Assembly: GCA_048941285.1 (NCBI GenBank)
Contig: JBHLNS010000045.1
Coordinates: 1-24,969 of the forward strand
DNA: 24,969 nucleotides
Direction: 5' to 3'
DNA from: Promethearchaeota archaeon
GTDB lineage: Archaea > Asgardarchaeota > Lokiarchaeia > Sigyniarchaeales > SOKP01
In this document: positions 1 to 8,674 of the stretch, piece by piece
How the letters are laid out: every line of letters starts with the position of its first letter
How positions within the stretch are numbered: position 1 is the first letter of the stretch
Position numbers and translations under genes: made by a program
The notes under the pieces: generated by a model
Seen by the model: only the letters and a program-made list of their open reading frames with translations
What the model was told of the DNA's origin: nothing
Databases searched by the model: none

Positions 1-1353
1 GCAAGTGACGCGGATATTGATAGACTTGGCGATAAATTAAATACTACTATTACTGTTTGGATTAACATTACGGATGACGATGATGAGGGCCCCTTAATTA
101 TAAATGTTAATATTACGAATAATAGAGTTTATGATTATTATGAGTTTATAATCATTGATATTTTAGTTGAAGACAAATCAGGAATTTCTGAACTATTTAT
201 TGAGTTTAATGATACCCGGTTTTATGATGACAACAGAGATAATCAAATTTTAATTGAAAATCCAAGGATTCTTGGGGGTTTAAATTATTTTACTATTGTT
301 GCAATAGATGCTGATAACGATCGCGAAGAAGATCAAAGAATTACTCAACTTATTTATTCCTTTGAAGTTTTCGATGATGATTCTACCCCCCCTAAGATAT
401 ATTTTTATTATGATGGTTTTAATTATCAATTATCCATTGTTGATAATGATGGTTTTGATGATAGTAAAGCTACTGCAGAATTTTTCTTGATTGATGAGGA
501 AGGTATAATTTTACAATCCGGCATCATTTTGCAGGAAGATGTTAATTATACTATAAATGTCCCATTAAAACCGGGTAATTATTATTTAGAAGTATATTCA
601 ACAAATAATGATCTGGAATTTGATGGTGATGAGGAATTTAATAATGAAATATTTTGCATTAGTGTAGATCTTGAAAATTGTTTTCAACGCACAGATAAAT
701 TATTTGAGTATTTAATAGATTATGTTGATGAGAATCTCTTCTTCATAATAGCAGACAATATAAGATTTAAATTATGTTTAGCCAGACAAAATTTAATGAA
801 AGCATATTTGCTAGTTGAAGCCGGAGATATTAATTATGGGGTGTTTAATGAGATTATAGTACAGGCAATTATAGAATTTGTTGAATTCGAGACAGAATTC
901 TATAGTAAAATTAACTTAATTTCTGCCGCTATAAGAGATGAAATGATTTCATTTCTCCATCAAATAAGGAATTTTGTTATATTATTGATAGGAAATTCTG
1001 TTGATTATGTTAAAGGTATTAATTGTGGATATGATATTGCTTCAATTGAAGTTGAGCTTCTGAATCTTGGAGATTTTATTGAAGAACAACTTGGAGACTG
1101 TGGTAGTAAATATTTAGAACATCTAATAAAATTGAGTGCTATGCAGTTAGAACTCGCTATTATTAAGCTTTCCCGTGATATTGACCCAGATACAGCATTA
1201 TCATTAGCTAAGCAATTTATAGACAGGGCTAGGGAAGAAGTACTTAATTTATTAGAGAAAAATAAGATCTCTGAAGATATAGCATCTACAATATTAGAAA
1301 TATTTAATTATTGCTATTTCAAAATTGAGGAAATTTATCTAAATAATAATTAA
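1..1353 (+). CDS. 3' part of a large acidic repeat protein (Ig/cadherin-like beta repeats plus helical C-terminal domain); 5' end lies outside the window
   Basis: Frame 1 is open from base 1 to TAA at 1351-1353, so the 487 start in the ORF track is internal. Motif pairs ASDADIDRLGD...DDDDEGP (nt 1-93) and AIDADNDREED...DDDSTPP (nt 301-393) repeat at 100-aa spacing, with a degenerate third copy STNNDLEFDGD at 598-630. Confidence 0.8.
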   Translation, partial: ASDADIDRLGDKLNTTITVWINITDDDDEGPLIINVNITNNRVYDYYEFIIIDILVEDKSGISELFIEFNDTRFYDDNRDNQILIENPRILGGLNYFTIVAIDADNDREEDQRITQLIYSFEVFDDDSTPPKIYFYYDGFNYQLSIVDNDGFDDSKATAEFFLIDEEGIILQSGIILQEDVNYTINVPLKPGNYYLEVYSTNNDLEFDGDEEFNNEIFCISVDLENCFQRTDKLFEYLIDYVDENLFFIIADNIRFKLCLARQNLMKAYLLVEAGDINYGVFNEIIVQAIIEFVEFETEFYSKINLISAAIRDEMISFLHQIRNFVILLIGNSVDYVKGINCGYDIASIEVELLNLGDFIEEQLGDCGSKYLEHLIKLSAMQLELAIIKLSRDIDPDTALSLAKQFIDRAREEVLNLLEKNKISEDIASTILEIFNYCYFKIEEIYLNNN

Positions 1354-1393
1354 ATTAAAGAATTTTAAATAAAAAATAAGAAAAGGATAAATA

Positions 1394-1585
1394 ATGGCAG
1401 TATACGAAAAAAGTGGAAATTTTGCAGATTATTGCCATAAAATACAAGATTTATGTCGAACTGAATTTGATTCACCTGCATTTACTAAAAAACTAATTGA
1501 AATTCTAAAAAATCTAAATGAAATTAAACAAAAATCGAAGTTAAAGCTTTCTATATATATCATTGAAAAATCTGATGAAATATAA
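1394..1585 (+). CDS. small hypothetical protein (63 aa), possibly a remnant
   Basis: ATG start with AAGGA just upstream; no recognisable motif. Confidence 0.35.
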   Translation: MAVYEKSGNFADYCHKIQDLCRTEFDSPAFTKKLIEILKNLNEIKQKSKLKLSIYIIEKSDEI

Positions 1586-1741
1586 AGCCTAATGAGTCAT
1601 GACATTTGAAAAAGAGCAACTCTAATTCCAAATTGAATCATTTGTTTAAAATTATCTGTTTAAATTAAGCTTGAAATTTTACATTACATAAGTTAATCCT
1701 ATATTTCCGAATAATATAATTAATTTTTTACCTATTGCATA

Positions 1742-1858
1742 AAAAGAATGAGGTTATAAGCGTTTAAATTTCCTAACTTTTTAATTTTTAATCGAATTAT
1801 TATCTTTAAGAAATTTAAGATGATAATTTAAATTATTATCTGAAATAGATGAATCTAT
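1742..1858 (-). pseudogene. decayed winged-helix transcription regulator fragment
   Basis: Minus strand reads IDSSISDNNLNYHLKFLKDNNSIKN*KVRKFKRL*PHSF. This resembles an archaeal wHTH recognition helix and wing (NL.YHL..L....I...K.G.FKR.YP), with in-frame TAA at 1783-1781 and 1756-1754 and no start codon. Confidence 0.4.
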
Positions 1859-1911
1859 AGCTTAATTATTAATATTATATTCACATTTTTAATTAAAATC
1901 ATTCGGCTGAG

Positions 1912-2268
1912 AGTTATTCAGGAGCAGATTTAGCTGGCATATATCGATTTCAATATCCTTAAACTATAAGAATAATATGGATAATACATAATGAAAGAGT
2001 AAATCTCTCTTTCATATTAGAGGTGTTTATGGATATCATTGATGAAATTATTGTAAAAGGCTGTCATATCGGTGATTGTCATTATCTGAAAGGAAATAAA
2101 TTTGCAAGGGATCGATTTAAATGATTTCGTGAAATATTAAAGATATTCAATCTTGTTAAAAGGTTTATGCTTGAAATGGTAAGCATATCTGAAGGAAAAC
2201 GATTTTCTGAGGTTATTACTGAATTTACAGATCAAATTAAAGAACTAGGTCCCTTAAAGCCAATTTAA
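1912..2268 (+). pseudogene. mvhD: mvhD (methyl-viologen-reducing hydrogenase delta subunit) pseudogene
   Basis: Reads SYSGADLAGIYRFQYP*TIRII...GCHIGDCHYLKGN...RFK*FRE...SEGKRFSEVITEFTDQIKELGPLKPI*, co-linear with the intact MvhD at 11791-12225. In-frame TAA at 1960-1962 and TGA at 2122-2124; N-terminal CCNWC and the MCSGR cysteine are lost. Confidence 0.88.
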
Positions 2269-2337
2269 AAAAATGATCATCCTTATAATAAAAATCATCA
2301 CATCTATACTAAATGAAGAAAAAAGTGAATAATTCTC

Positions 2338-3498
2338 ATGAATTCTAAATTTAATAAACCACGACTCCTCTTCCTTGATAATATTAAGGTATTATTCTCA
2401 ATTCTGGTGATATTCCAGCACGCCAGAGTTACTTATGGTGGAACAGGTTGGTGGTATTATATTGAATCTATTCCAGTTGATGATTTCAGTGTTATTTTCT
2501 TTACAACTTTATCCTCAGTAGGAGGTCTCTTTCAAGCCTCACTTATGGGATTATTTTTTCTCTTAGGTGGCTACTTCACCCCAAAAAGTTATGATAGAAA
2601 AGGAGTAGGTTCGTTTTGGAAAGAAAGAATTCTCCGTCTTGGTATTCCTATCTTATTGTATGTCGTAATAATTAATCCTATTATGGTTTATTCACTATCC
2701 GCTTTCGGAATTTATCCATGGCCACTACCGGGATCAATATTAGGTTTTCTAACATTTTGGGGGCCTATGTGGTTTCTCACTGTGTTAATACTATTTACTA
2801 CAGGTTATACTCTTTGGCGGCAGATAACAAAGCTAGACTCAGTACAACGATACATCCCACAAGAATTTTCTATTCCAAAATATGTCTATTTACTTCTTTT
2901 CGCTATTATTTTAGGATGTGTTACTTTTTTACTTCGCATAGTCTCCCCTATAGACCAAACTATATTGGGAATACCGTTTTCTTTTATAATCCTCTATCTC
3001 ATGATGTTCAGTGTGGGTATCATTGCTGTTAGATATGATTGGATTGAAAAGATGACTAAAAATCATGTTAAAGTCTGGATTATTATAATAGCAGCTACGT
3101 TTATCTTATTTTTCCTATATGCAGCCCTTTTTGTGGGGCTGGATTCAGATTTAAGCGTTTTTATGGGAGGTCTCAATCCACATGCTCTTTTATTTGCAGT
3201 GGTAGAAAGTATTATTTGTATGGGAATGATTTTTGTGTTAATTAAAACTTTTTATGCAAAATTCAACAAACAAGGTAAAATGTTACAGAACTTATCATCT
3301 AGCGCATTTTATATATATCTAATTCATCCCCCGGTACTTGTCCTTGTATCCCTATTATTTGCATCAATACCGCTTATTCCTGTTATAAAACTAGCAATTG
3401 TATTTCCTTTAACGGTCATTCTATGTTATCTGTCAAGCCATTTTATCATCGAAAAAATACATTTGATAAAACGCACTAGAGTTGCTCAGAATCGTTAG
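2338..3498 (+). CDS. acyltransferase family 3 (OpgC/MdoC/NolL-like) integral membrane protein
   Basis: RLLFLDNIKV..ILVIFQH, MGLFFLLGGYF, KERILRLGIP, GPMWFL and AFYIYLIHPP motifs; about 10 hydrophobic segments. Confidence 0.88.
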   Translation: MNSKFNKPRLLFLDNIKVLFSILVIFQHARVTYGGTGWWYYIESIPVDDFSVIFFTTLSSVGGLFQASLMGLFFLLGGYFTPKSYDRKGVGSFWKERILRLGIPILLYVVIINPIMVYSLSAFGIYPWPLPGSILGFLTFWGPMWFLTVLILFTTGYTLWRQITKLDSVQRYIPQEFSIPKYVYLLLFAIILGCVTFLLRIVSPIDQTILGIPFSFIILYLMMFSVGIIAVRYDWIEKMTKNHVKVWIIIIAATFILFFLYAALFVGLDSDLSVFMGGLNPHALLFAVVESIICMGMIFVLIKTFYAKFNKQGKMLQNLSSSAFYIYLIHPPVLVLVSLLFASIPLIPVIKLAIVFPLTVILCYLSSHFIIEKIHLIKRTRVAQNR

Positions 3499-3926
3499 AC
3501 GTTATAAAATATTCTAAAAACAAAGAATTATTACGATCTAATGAATATACAAGATCAATATTCAAAAAAGATTCAAGCTTGAATAGTTAAGTGCATTTGA
3601 AGGAAAGAAATTATAGGATATTAGCTTTTCATTAAAATTTTTACCCCATATATAATACATATAATTACAATCAAAATGATATACCAAAAATATAGTTATT
3701 TCAATATGTAATCAATCACATATGAAGTAGATAAAATTTGTATTAATTCAATAATATTTCCTTTTTATCTGCTTGATATCGATCATTATTTATGAGAAAA
3801 TTATCTCAAATATACAAAATGTAGGAAAAACGTAATTATATGAGAAATTGATGTCTAAAATTCAATAGTTTCATAAAAAATTTTCCCATCACGATCTCTT
3901 TCTTATTAAATCCTTAACCTAAAAGT

Positions 3927-3967
3927 ACATAATGTCAATAATGAAAAATAAATAATTGATATTATGT
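3927..3967. promoter_or_regulatory. 13-bp inverted repeat upstream of hdrA (candidate operator or hairpin)
   Basis: ACATAATGTCAAT (3927-3939), 15-nt spacer, ATTGATATTATGT (3955-3967); 12 of 13 positions complementary. Confidence 0.4.
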
Positions 3968-4051
3968 CCAACCACGAAAAACTAACTATAAAATATCGTT
4001 GAGATTGATCATTAGCAATCTATTTTATGTTGGATTATGATCATTTATTAT

Positions 4052-4066
4052 AAAAATGTTTATATA
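4052..4066 (+). promoter_or_regulatory. BRE/TATA promoter of first hdrA
   Basis: AAAAATG then TTTATATA (4059-4066), about 85 nt before ATG 4149; SD-like AGTGAT at 4138-4143. Confidence 0.5.
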
Positions 4067-4148
4067 ATTGCATTGCTTTATTTTTTATTCAATAGTAAAA
4101 AAGATGCTAAAATAACTTTGTATCAATAAAATTGCTAAGTGATAAATT

Positions 4149-7100
4149 ATGGAAGGATCTGTATTAGTTATTGGAGGAGGGATAGCGGGAATACAAACAT
4201 CCTTAGATCTAACTGAATTAGGATTTAAAGTTTATTTAGTAGAAAAAACTCCATCAATAGGAGGTAGAATGGCCCAACTTGATAAAACTTTTCCCACAAA
4301 CGATTGTAGTTTATGTATTCTTGCTCCTAAAATGGTGGAAGTGTTCAGAAATCCCAATATTGAACTAATGACATATCATGAGGTTAAGAAAGTTTCTGGA
4401 AAACCAGGAAATTTTACTGTTTCCGTGCTTAAGAAACCCCGTTATGTTGATGAGACTAGATGTAAAGGATGTGGTGATTGTGCTGCTAAATGTCCAAAGA
4501 TTGAAGTACCTAATTATTTTGACATGTATTTAGGTAATCGGAAATCAATATACATCCCTTTTCCTCAAGCAGTGCCTCCTGTATATTTAATTGATCCTGA
4601 TTTATGTTTAAAACTTACTAAAGGAGTTTGTGGTGTATGCGAGAAGGTTTGTAAAGCAGAAGCTATAAATTACGAACAAAAACCTCAAGAACTCGAATTA
4701 AATGTTGGTGCTATTGTTATAGCTACTGGATTTGATATGTTTAGAAAAGAATTATCTCTTAGATGGGGCTATAATTATAAAAACGTAGTTAATGCTTTAG
4801 AATATGAAAGAATGCTTTCTGCATCTGGACCATTTGAAGGACATATTGTACGCCCAAGTGATAGACAGGAGCCAAAAAAAATTGCATTTATTCAATGTGC
4901 TGGCTCAAGAGATTTACAAGAGGGAGTTCCATATTGTTCAAGTGTATGTTGCATGTATATAGCAAAAGAAGCAATTATTACGAAAGAACATTCAGAAAAC
5001 TCTAAATGTTTCGTTTTTAGACATGATATACGAGCGTTTGGAAAAAATTTCTATGAATTTACTCAAAGGGCTCAGGAGGAATATGGAGTAAAATATTATC
5101 AAACTAAAGTTAGTAAAATCATTGAAGATTCTGAAACAAAGGATTTAATCATACATTATGAAGATCTACAAACTGGAGAATTTAAAGATTTTAAAGCGAA
5201 TTTAGTTGTGTTGGCTACACCCTTAGTTCCATCAAATGGAACAACAGAATTAGCGAAAATTTTAGATGTTGAATTGGATAAATATAATTTTTTCAAAGAG
5301 AAGAATCATTTTGATAAAGCTTTATCCTCTAAAGAAGGAATATTTTTAGCTGGTTTTTGCCAAGGTCCAATGGACATCCCTGAAACTGTTGCTGGAGCTA
5401 GTGGAGTAGCATCTCAGGTAGCAACCTTACTAAAATCTGCTAAATTCACTGAAGTTAAAGAAAAAGTTTTTGAAATTCCTGAGAAGAAAGTGGAAATTAC
5501 TGATGATCCTAGAATCGGTGTACTTATCTGCCACTGTGGGATTAATATCGGGAAATACATTGATATTCCAAATGTTATCGAAAATATCAAAACTTTACCT
5601 AATGTGGTTTTTTGTGAAGATAATTTATATTCTTGTAGTTCTGATTCGCAACAACGGATAAAGGAAGTCATAAACGAGTATAAACTAAATAGATTTATTG
5701 TAGCATCATGTACACCGCGAACACATGAATCCTTATTTCAAGAGACATGTCAAGAAGCAGGATTAAACAAGTACCTTTTTGAAATGGTTAATATTCGTGA
5801 TCAGTGCTCATGGGTTCATATGACTGAGAAGGAACTTGCTACTGAAAAAGCTAAGGATCTAATAAGAATGGGGGTCGCTAAGTCAAGGTTATTGAAGCCA
5901 CAATCAGAAGAAAATCTAAAAATCACTCAAACTGCATTGGTCATTGGGGGTGGTGTTTCTGGAATGACCGCTGCCTTGAATATCGCTAATCAAGGATTCA
6001 AAGTTTATCTAGTAGAAAAGGAGAAATCTTTAGGTGGTAATTTAAAATACTTAAATGTATTATATCCAACTCAAGAAGATGCTTCTATTTTATTAAACGA
6101 AATTATAGAAGAGGTAAGGAGAAATAAAAATATTCAAATTTACCTAAACTCTAAATTAAAAGATCTCAATGGATATATTGGTAATTATAATGTCTCTATC
6201 ATTGATTCGAAAAATCAAATTTATGATTTAGAAATTGGTACGATTATTGTTGCTACTGGTGGTCAAGAATTAAAACCTAGTAATGTCTTTCAATATGAAT
6301 ATAAGAATCATCATGTAATTACTCAGCTGGAATTAGAACAAAAGTTAAAAGTCGAGGATAGGTCCTGGCTTGATGATATTAAGCGAGTTACGGTTATATT
6401 GTGTGTTAATGCCAGGCAAAAAGAAGGTATTACTTACTGTTCCAATATATGTTGTGGGAGTGCTATTAAAAACATTGATATTTTGAAAGAATTAAAAAAT
6501 GACCTTGAATTAGTAGTTCTTTATCGAGATCTTCAGATGAGTAAAAAAGAATTTGAAGAGTATTATCGTAATCGAAGAAAAGATGCTATTTTTTTGAGAT
6601 ATGATTTGGAGAATCCTCCTACTATCAATGAAAAAAAAGGGACATCTGAAAAGTATACGATAAAAGTTTTTGATACTAATCTACAAGATTATATTGAATT
6701 TGAAACAGATTTGATTATATTATCAACCCCCATGATTCCAGCTGATAATTTAGACGAACTTGCGAAAATGCTCAAGGTTCCTATTGATAAAAATGGCTTT
6801 TTTTTGGAAGCTCATGTTAAGTTAAGACCATTAGATTTTGCTACGGATGGGATTTTCTTATGTGGATGCGCTCAGTGGCCTAAAAATATACAAGATTCCA
6901 TTTCACAGGCAAACGGAGCAGCTGGTAGAGCCAGCAGGTTTTTAAGTGCAAAAGAAATTAAAACTTCTGGATTAGTGGCTGAGGTAAATGCAGAATCTTG
7001 CATTGGGTGTGGAACATGCGAGGAAACTTGTGCTTACAATGCAATTGAACTAACGAACATAACTAGAGAATTTGAAGAAGTATGTATAACAATAAAAAAA

Positions 7101-7229
7101 TCTTCAATTAATCCAAACTTATGTAAAGGGTGCGGTACTTGTGCAGCGAATTGCCCAGTTGGGGCAATTTCTGTAAAACACTACGCTTTTGAGCAAATTA
7201 ATGCTTTAATAAGAGCATTAATAATGTAA
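4149..7229 (+). CDS. hdrA: heterodisulfide reductase subunit A-like polyferredoxin flavoprotein with two FAD modules (paralogue 1)
   Basis: GGGIAG and GGGVSG dinucleotide-binding motifs, KTFPTNDCSLC, inserted ferredoxin (CKGCGDCAAKCP), QCAGSRD..YCSSVCC, internal CHCGINI/CTPRTHE/NIRDQCSWVH domain, C-terminal CIGCGTCEETC and CKGCGTCAANCP. Confidence 0.95.
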   Translation: MEGSVLVIGGGIAGIQTSLDLTELGFKVYLVEKTPSIGGRMAQLDKTFPTNDCSLCILAPKMVEVFRNPNIELMTYHEVKKVSGKPGNFTVSVLKKPRYVDETRCKGCGDCAAKCPKIEVPNYFDMYLGNRKSIYIPFPQAVPPVYLIDPDLCLKLTKGVCGVCEKVCKAEAINYEQKPQELELNVGAIVIATGFDMFRKELSLRWGYNYKNVVNALEYERMLSASGPFEGHIVRPSDRQEPKKIAFIQCAGSRDLQEGVPYCSSVCCMYIAKEAIITKEHSENSKCFVFRHDIRAFGKNFYEFTQRAQEEYGVKYYQTKVSKIIEDSETKDLIIHYEDLQTGEFKDFKANLVVLATPLVPSNGTTELAKILDVELDKYNFFKEKNHFDKALSSKEGIFLAGFCQGPMDIPETVAGASGVASQVATLLKSAKFTEVKEKVFEIPEKKVEITDDPRIGVLICHCGINIGKYIDIPNVIENIKTLPNVVFCEDNLYSCSSDSQQRIKEVINEYKLNRFIVASCTPRTHESLFQETCQEAGLNKYLFEMVNIRDQCSWVHMTEKELATEKAKDLIRMGVAKSRLLKPQSEENLKITQTALVIGGGVSGMTAALNIANQGFKVYLVEKEKSLGGNLKYLNVLYPTQEDASILLNEIIEEVRRNKNIQIYLNSKLKDLNGYIGNYNVSIIDSKNQIYDLEIGTIIVATGGQELKPSNVFQYEYKNHHVITQLELEQKLKVEDRSWLDDIKRVTVILCVNARQKEGITYCSNICCGSAIKNIDILKELKNDLELVVLYRDLQMSKKEFEEYYRNRRKDAIFLRYDLENPPTINEKKGTSEKYTIKVFDTNLQDYIEFETDLIILSTPMIPADNLDELAKMLKVPIDKNGFFLEAHVKLRPLDFATDGIFLCGCAQWPKNIQDSISQANGAAGRASRFLSAKEIKTSGLVAEVNAESCIGCGTCEETCAYNAIELTNITREFEEVCITIKKSSINPNLCKGCGTCAANCPVGAISVKHYAFEQINALIRALIM

Positions 7230-7337
7230 AATCTTGAAAAAAGAGAAGATAAAAGCAAATCCTAAACTTTACTCGATATTATTACTCATTTGACATTAGA
7301 ATTATTAAAACTAATCAGAAAAAATAAATTCTTTCTA

Positions 7338-7345
7338 TTTTTTTT
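7338..7345 (+). terminator. T8 tract after hdrA-1 (candidate archaeal terminator)
   Basis: Run of 8 T in the 155-nt gap, followed by TTATAAAT (7353-7360) that could promote the hdrD-hdrA-mvhD unit separately. Confidence 0.35.
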
Positions 7346-7384
7346 CTAATCATTATAAATTCGAATTATTGAAATTTGAATTAA

Positions 7385-8674
7385 TTGAATGAAGTGAAGA
7401 TTATTACTGAGACTAAAAGCACAGACGAATCAGAAGAACTTAGTGATGACATCAATTCTTACCTCGAAAAAGTTTATGAACCTAATATAAGAAAGTTATT
7501 GTATAGATGTTACCAATGTGTTCGTTGTAGTGGTGTCTGTCAACTGAGCAAAGTTCAGAGCTTTGAACCCAGTAGAATAATACAAATGATATTAGAGGGT
7601 TTTGAGAATAAAGTTATTGAAAGTGGAATTTTATGGGATTGCCTTACCTGTAATGCTTGTCTTCAAAATTGTCCTGAGGGGATTAATTTTGCCGATATTG
7701 TTAGAATGGCAAAATATAAAATGCGAATTTTACACAAACAAAATCCCGACGATTTTGTTGCCCATAAGGGTGTTTATACAACCATTTCTGAAATAATGAG
7801 TGAACCTAATATAAAGCCAGATCGATCTCTTGATTGGGTTCCTAAAGATTGTAAGATTTCAGATAAAGGGGAACTTATGTATTATGTAGGGTGTATACCA
7901 TTTTTTAATTTTGAATTTGAAAATTCAGATTCTATTGCAGAAAGTACCTTAAAAATCCTGTGTCAGATTGAAAAGGAGCCAATAGTTGTTCTTAAAGATG
8001 AAATTTGCTGCGGTCATGATTTATATTGGGGTCAGGGAAAGCTTGAAGCTTTTATTAATTTAGCAAAGAAAAATATCAAAAGAATTGAAGAAACAGGGGT
8101 CAAAACTATAATTACTGCGTGTGCAGAATGTTATAGAACATTGAAAGTAGACTATCAAGATCTATTTGATGATTTTAATCAAAAATTTGTTGTAAAACAC
8201 TTAATTGAATATATTTATGATAATTGGAAACAAGGAAAAATAGAATTTAAGAATCCAAATCAAACAGAACAAAAAATTCCATTTACATATCACGATCCAT
8301 GTCGTTTAAGTAGATTTTTACCTAAAGACAGTAATATTATAGAAAATGTTCGTGAGATATTTTCGCATTTAAAAGAAATAGGATATAAATTTACTGAAAT
8401 GGCTCATAATAAAACTGATGCTTTATGTTGTGGAGTGAGCTCTTGGATGAACTGCAACGATCGTTCGAAAGCTTTACGATATAAAAGACTCTTAGAAGCA
8501 AAAGATGCTGGAGAAATAATGGTTACCTCTTGCCCTAAGTGCAAAATGCATTTGACCTGCTTACAAAGTGATTATGAGGATATATCATCAATTGAAATTG
8601 TAGATTTTTCCGAATTCCTAGTAAATTTCATAAATATTATAGATCCTAATGATAAGATGAGGGATAAAAAATAA
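7385..8674 (+). CDS. hdrD: HdrD-like Fe-S oxidoreductase (HdrC-type 2x[4Fe-4S] plus two CCG domains)
   Basis: CYQCVRCSGVC and CLTCNACLQNCP; YVGC..EICCG..TACAECY and YHDPCRL..LCCG..TSCPKC. TTG start is uncertain; stop overlaps the next ATG (TAATG, 8672-8676). Confidence 0.9.
   Translation: MNEVKIITETKSTDESEELSDDINSYLEKVYEPNIRKLLYRCYQCVRCSGVCQLSKVQSFEPSRIIQMILEGFENKVIESGILWDCLTCNACLQNCPEGINFADIVRMAKYKMRILHKQNPDDFVAHKGVYTTISEIMSEPNIKPDRSLDWVPKDCKISDKGELMYYVGCIPFFNFEFENSDSIAESTLKILCQIEKEPIVVLKDEICCGHDLYWGQGKLEAFINLAKKNIKRIEETGVKTIITACAECYRTLKVDYQDLFDDFNQKFVVKHLIEYIYDNWKQGKIEFKNPNQTEQKIPFTYHDPCRLSRFLPKDSNIIENVREIFSHLKEIGYKFTEMAHNKTDALCCGVSSWMNCNDRSKALRYKRLLEAKDAGEIMVTSCPKCKMHLTCLQSDYEDISSIEIVDFSEFLVNFINIIDPNDKMRDKK

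Noticed and set aside
1906-2124. TGA codons in the mvhD relic as selenocysteine
   Set aside because: TGA 1908-1910 is out of frame, TGA 2122-2124 aligns with Arg, and an in-frame TAA is also present.
7230-7267. In-frame tail after the hdrA-1 stop (NLEKREDKSKS) resembling the hdrA-2 C-terminus
   Set aside because: Similarity is limited to LEK and composition; too weak to call a premature stop.
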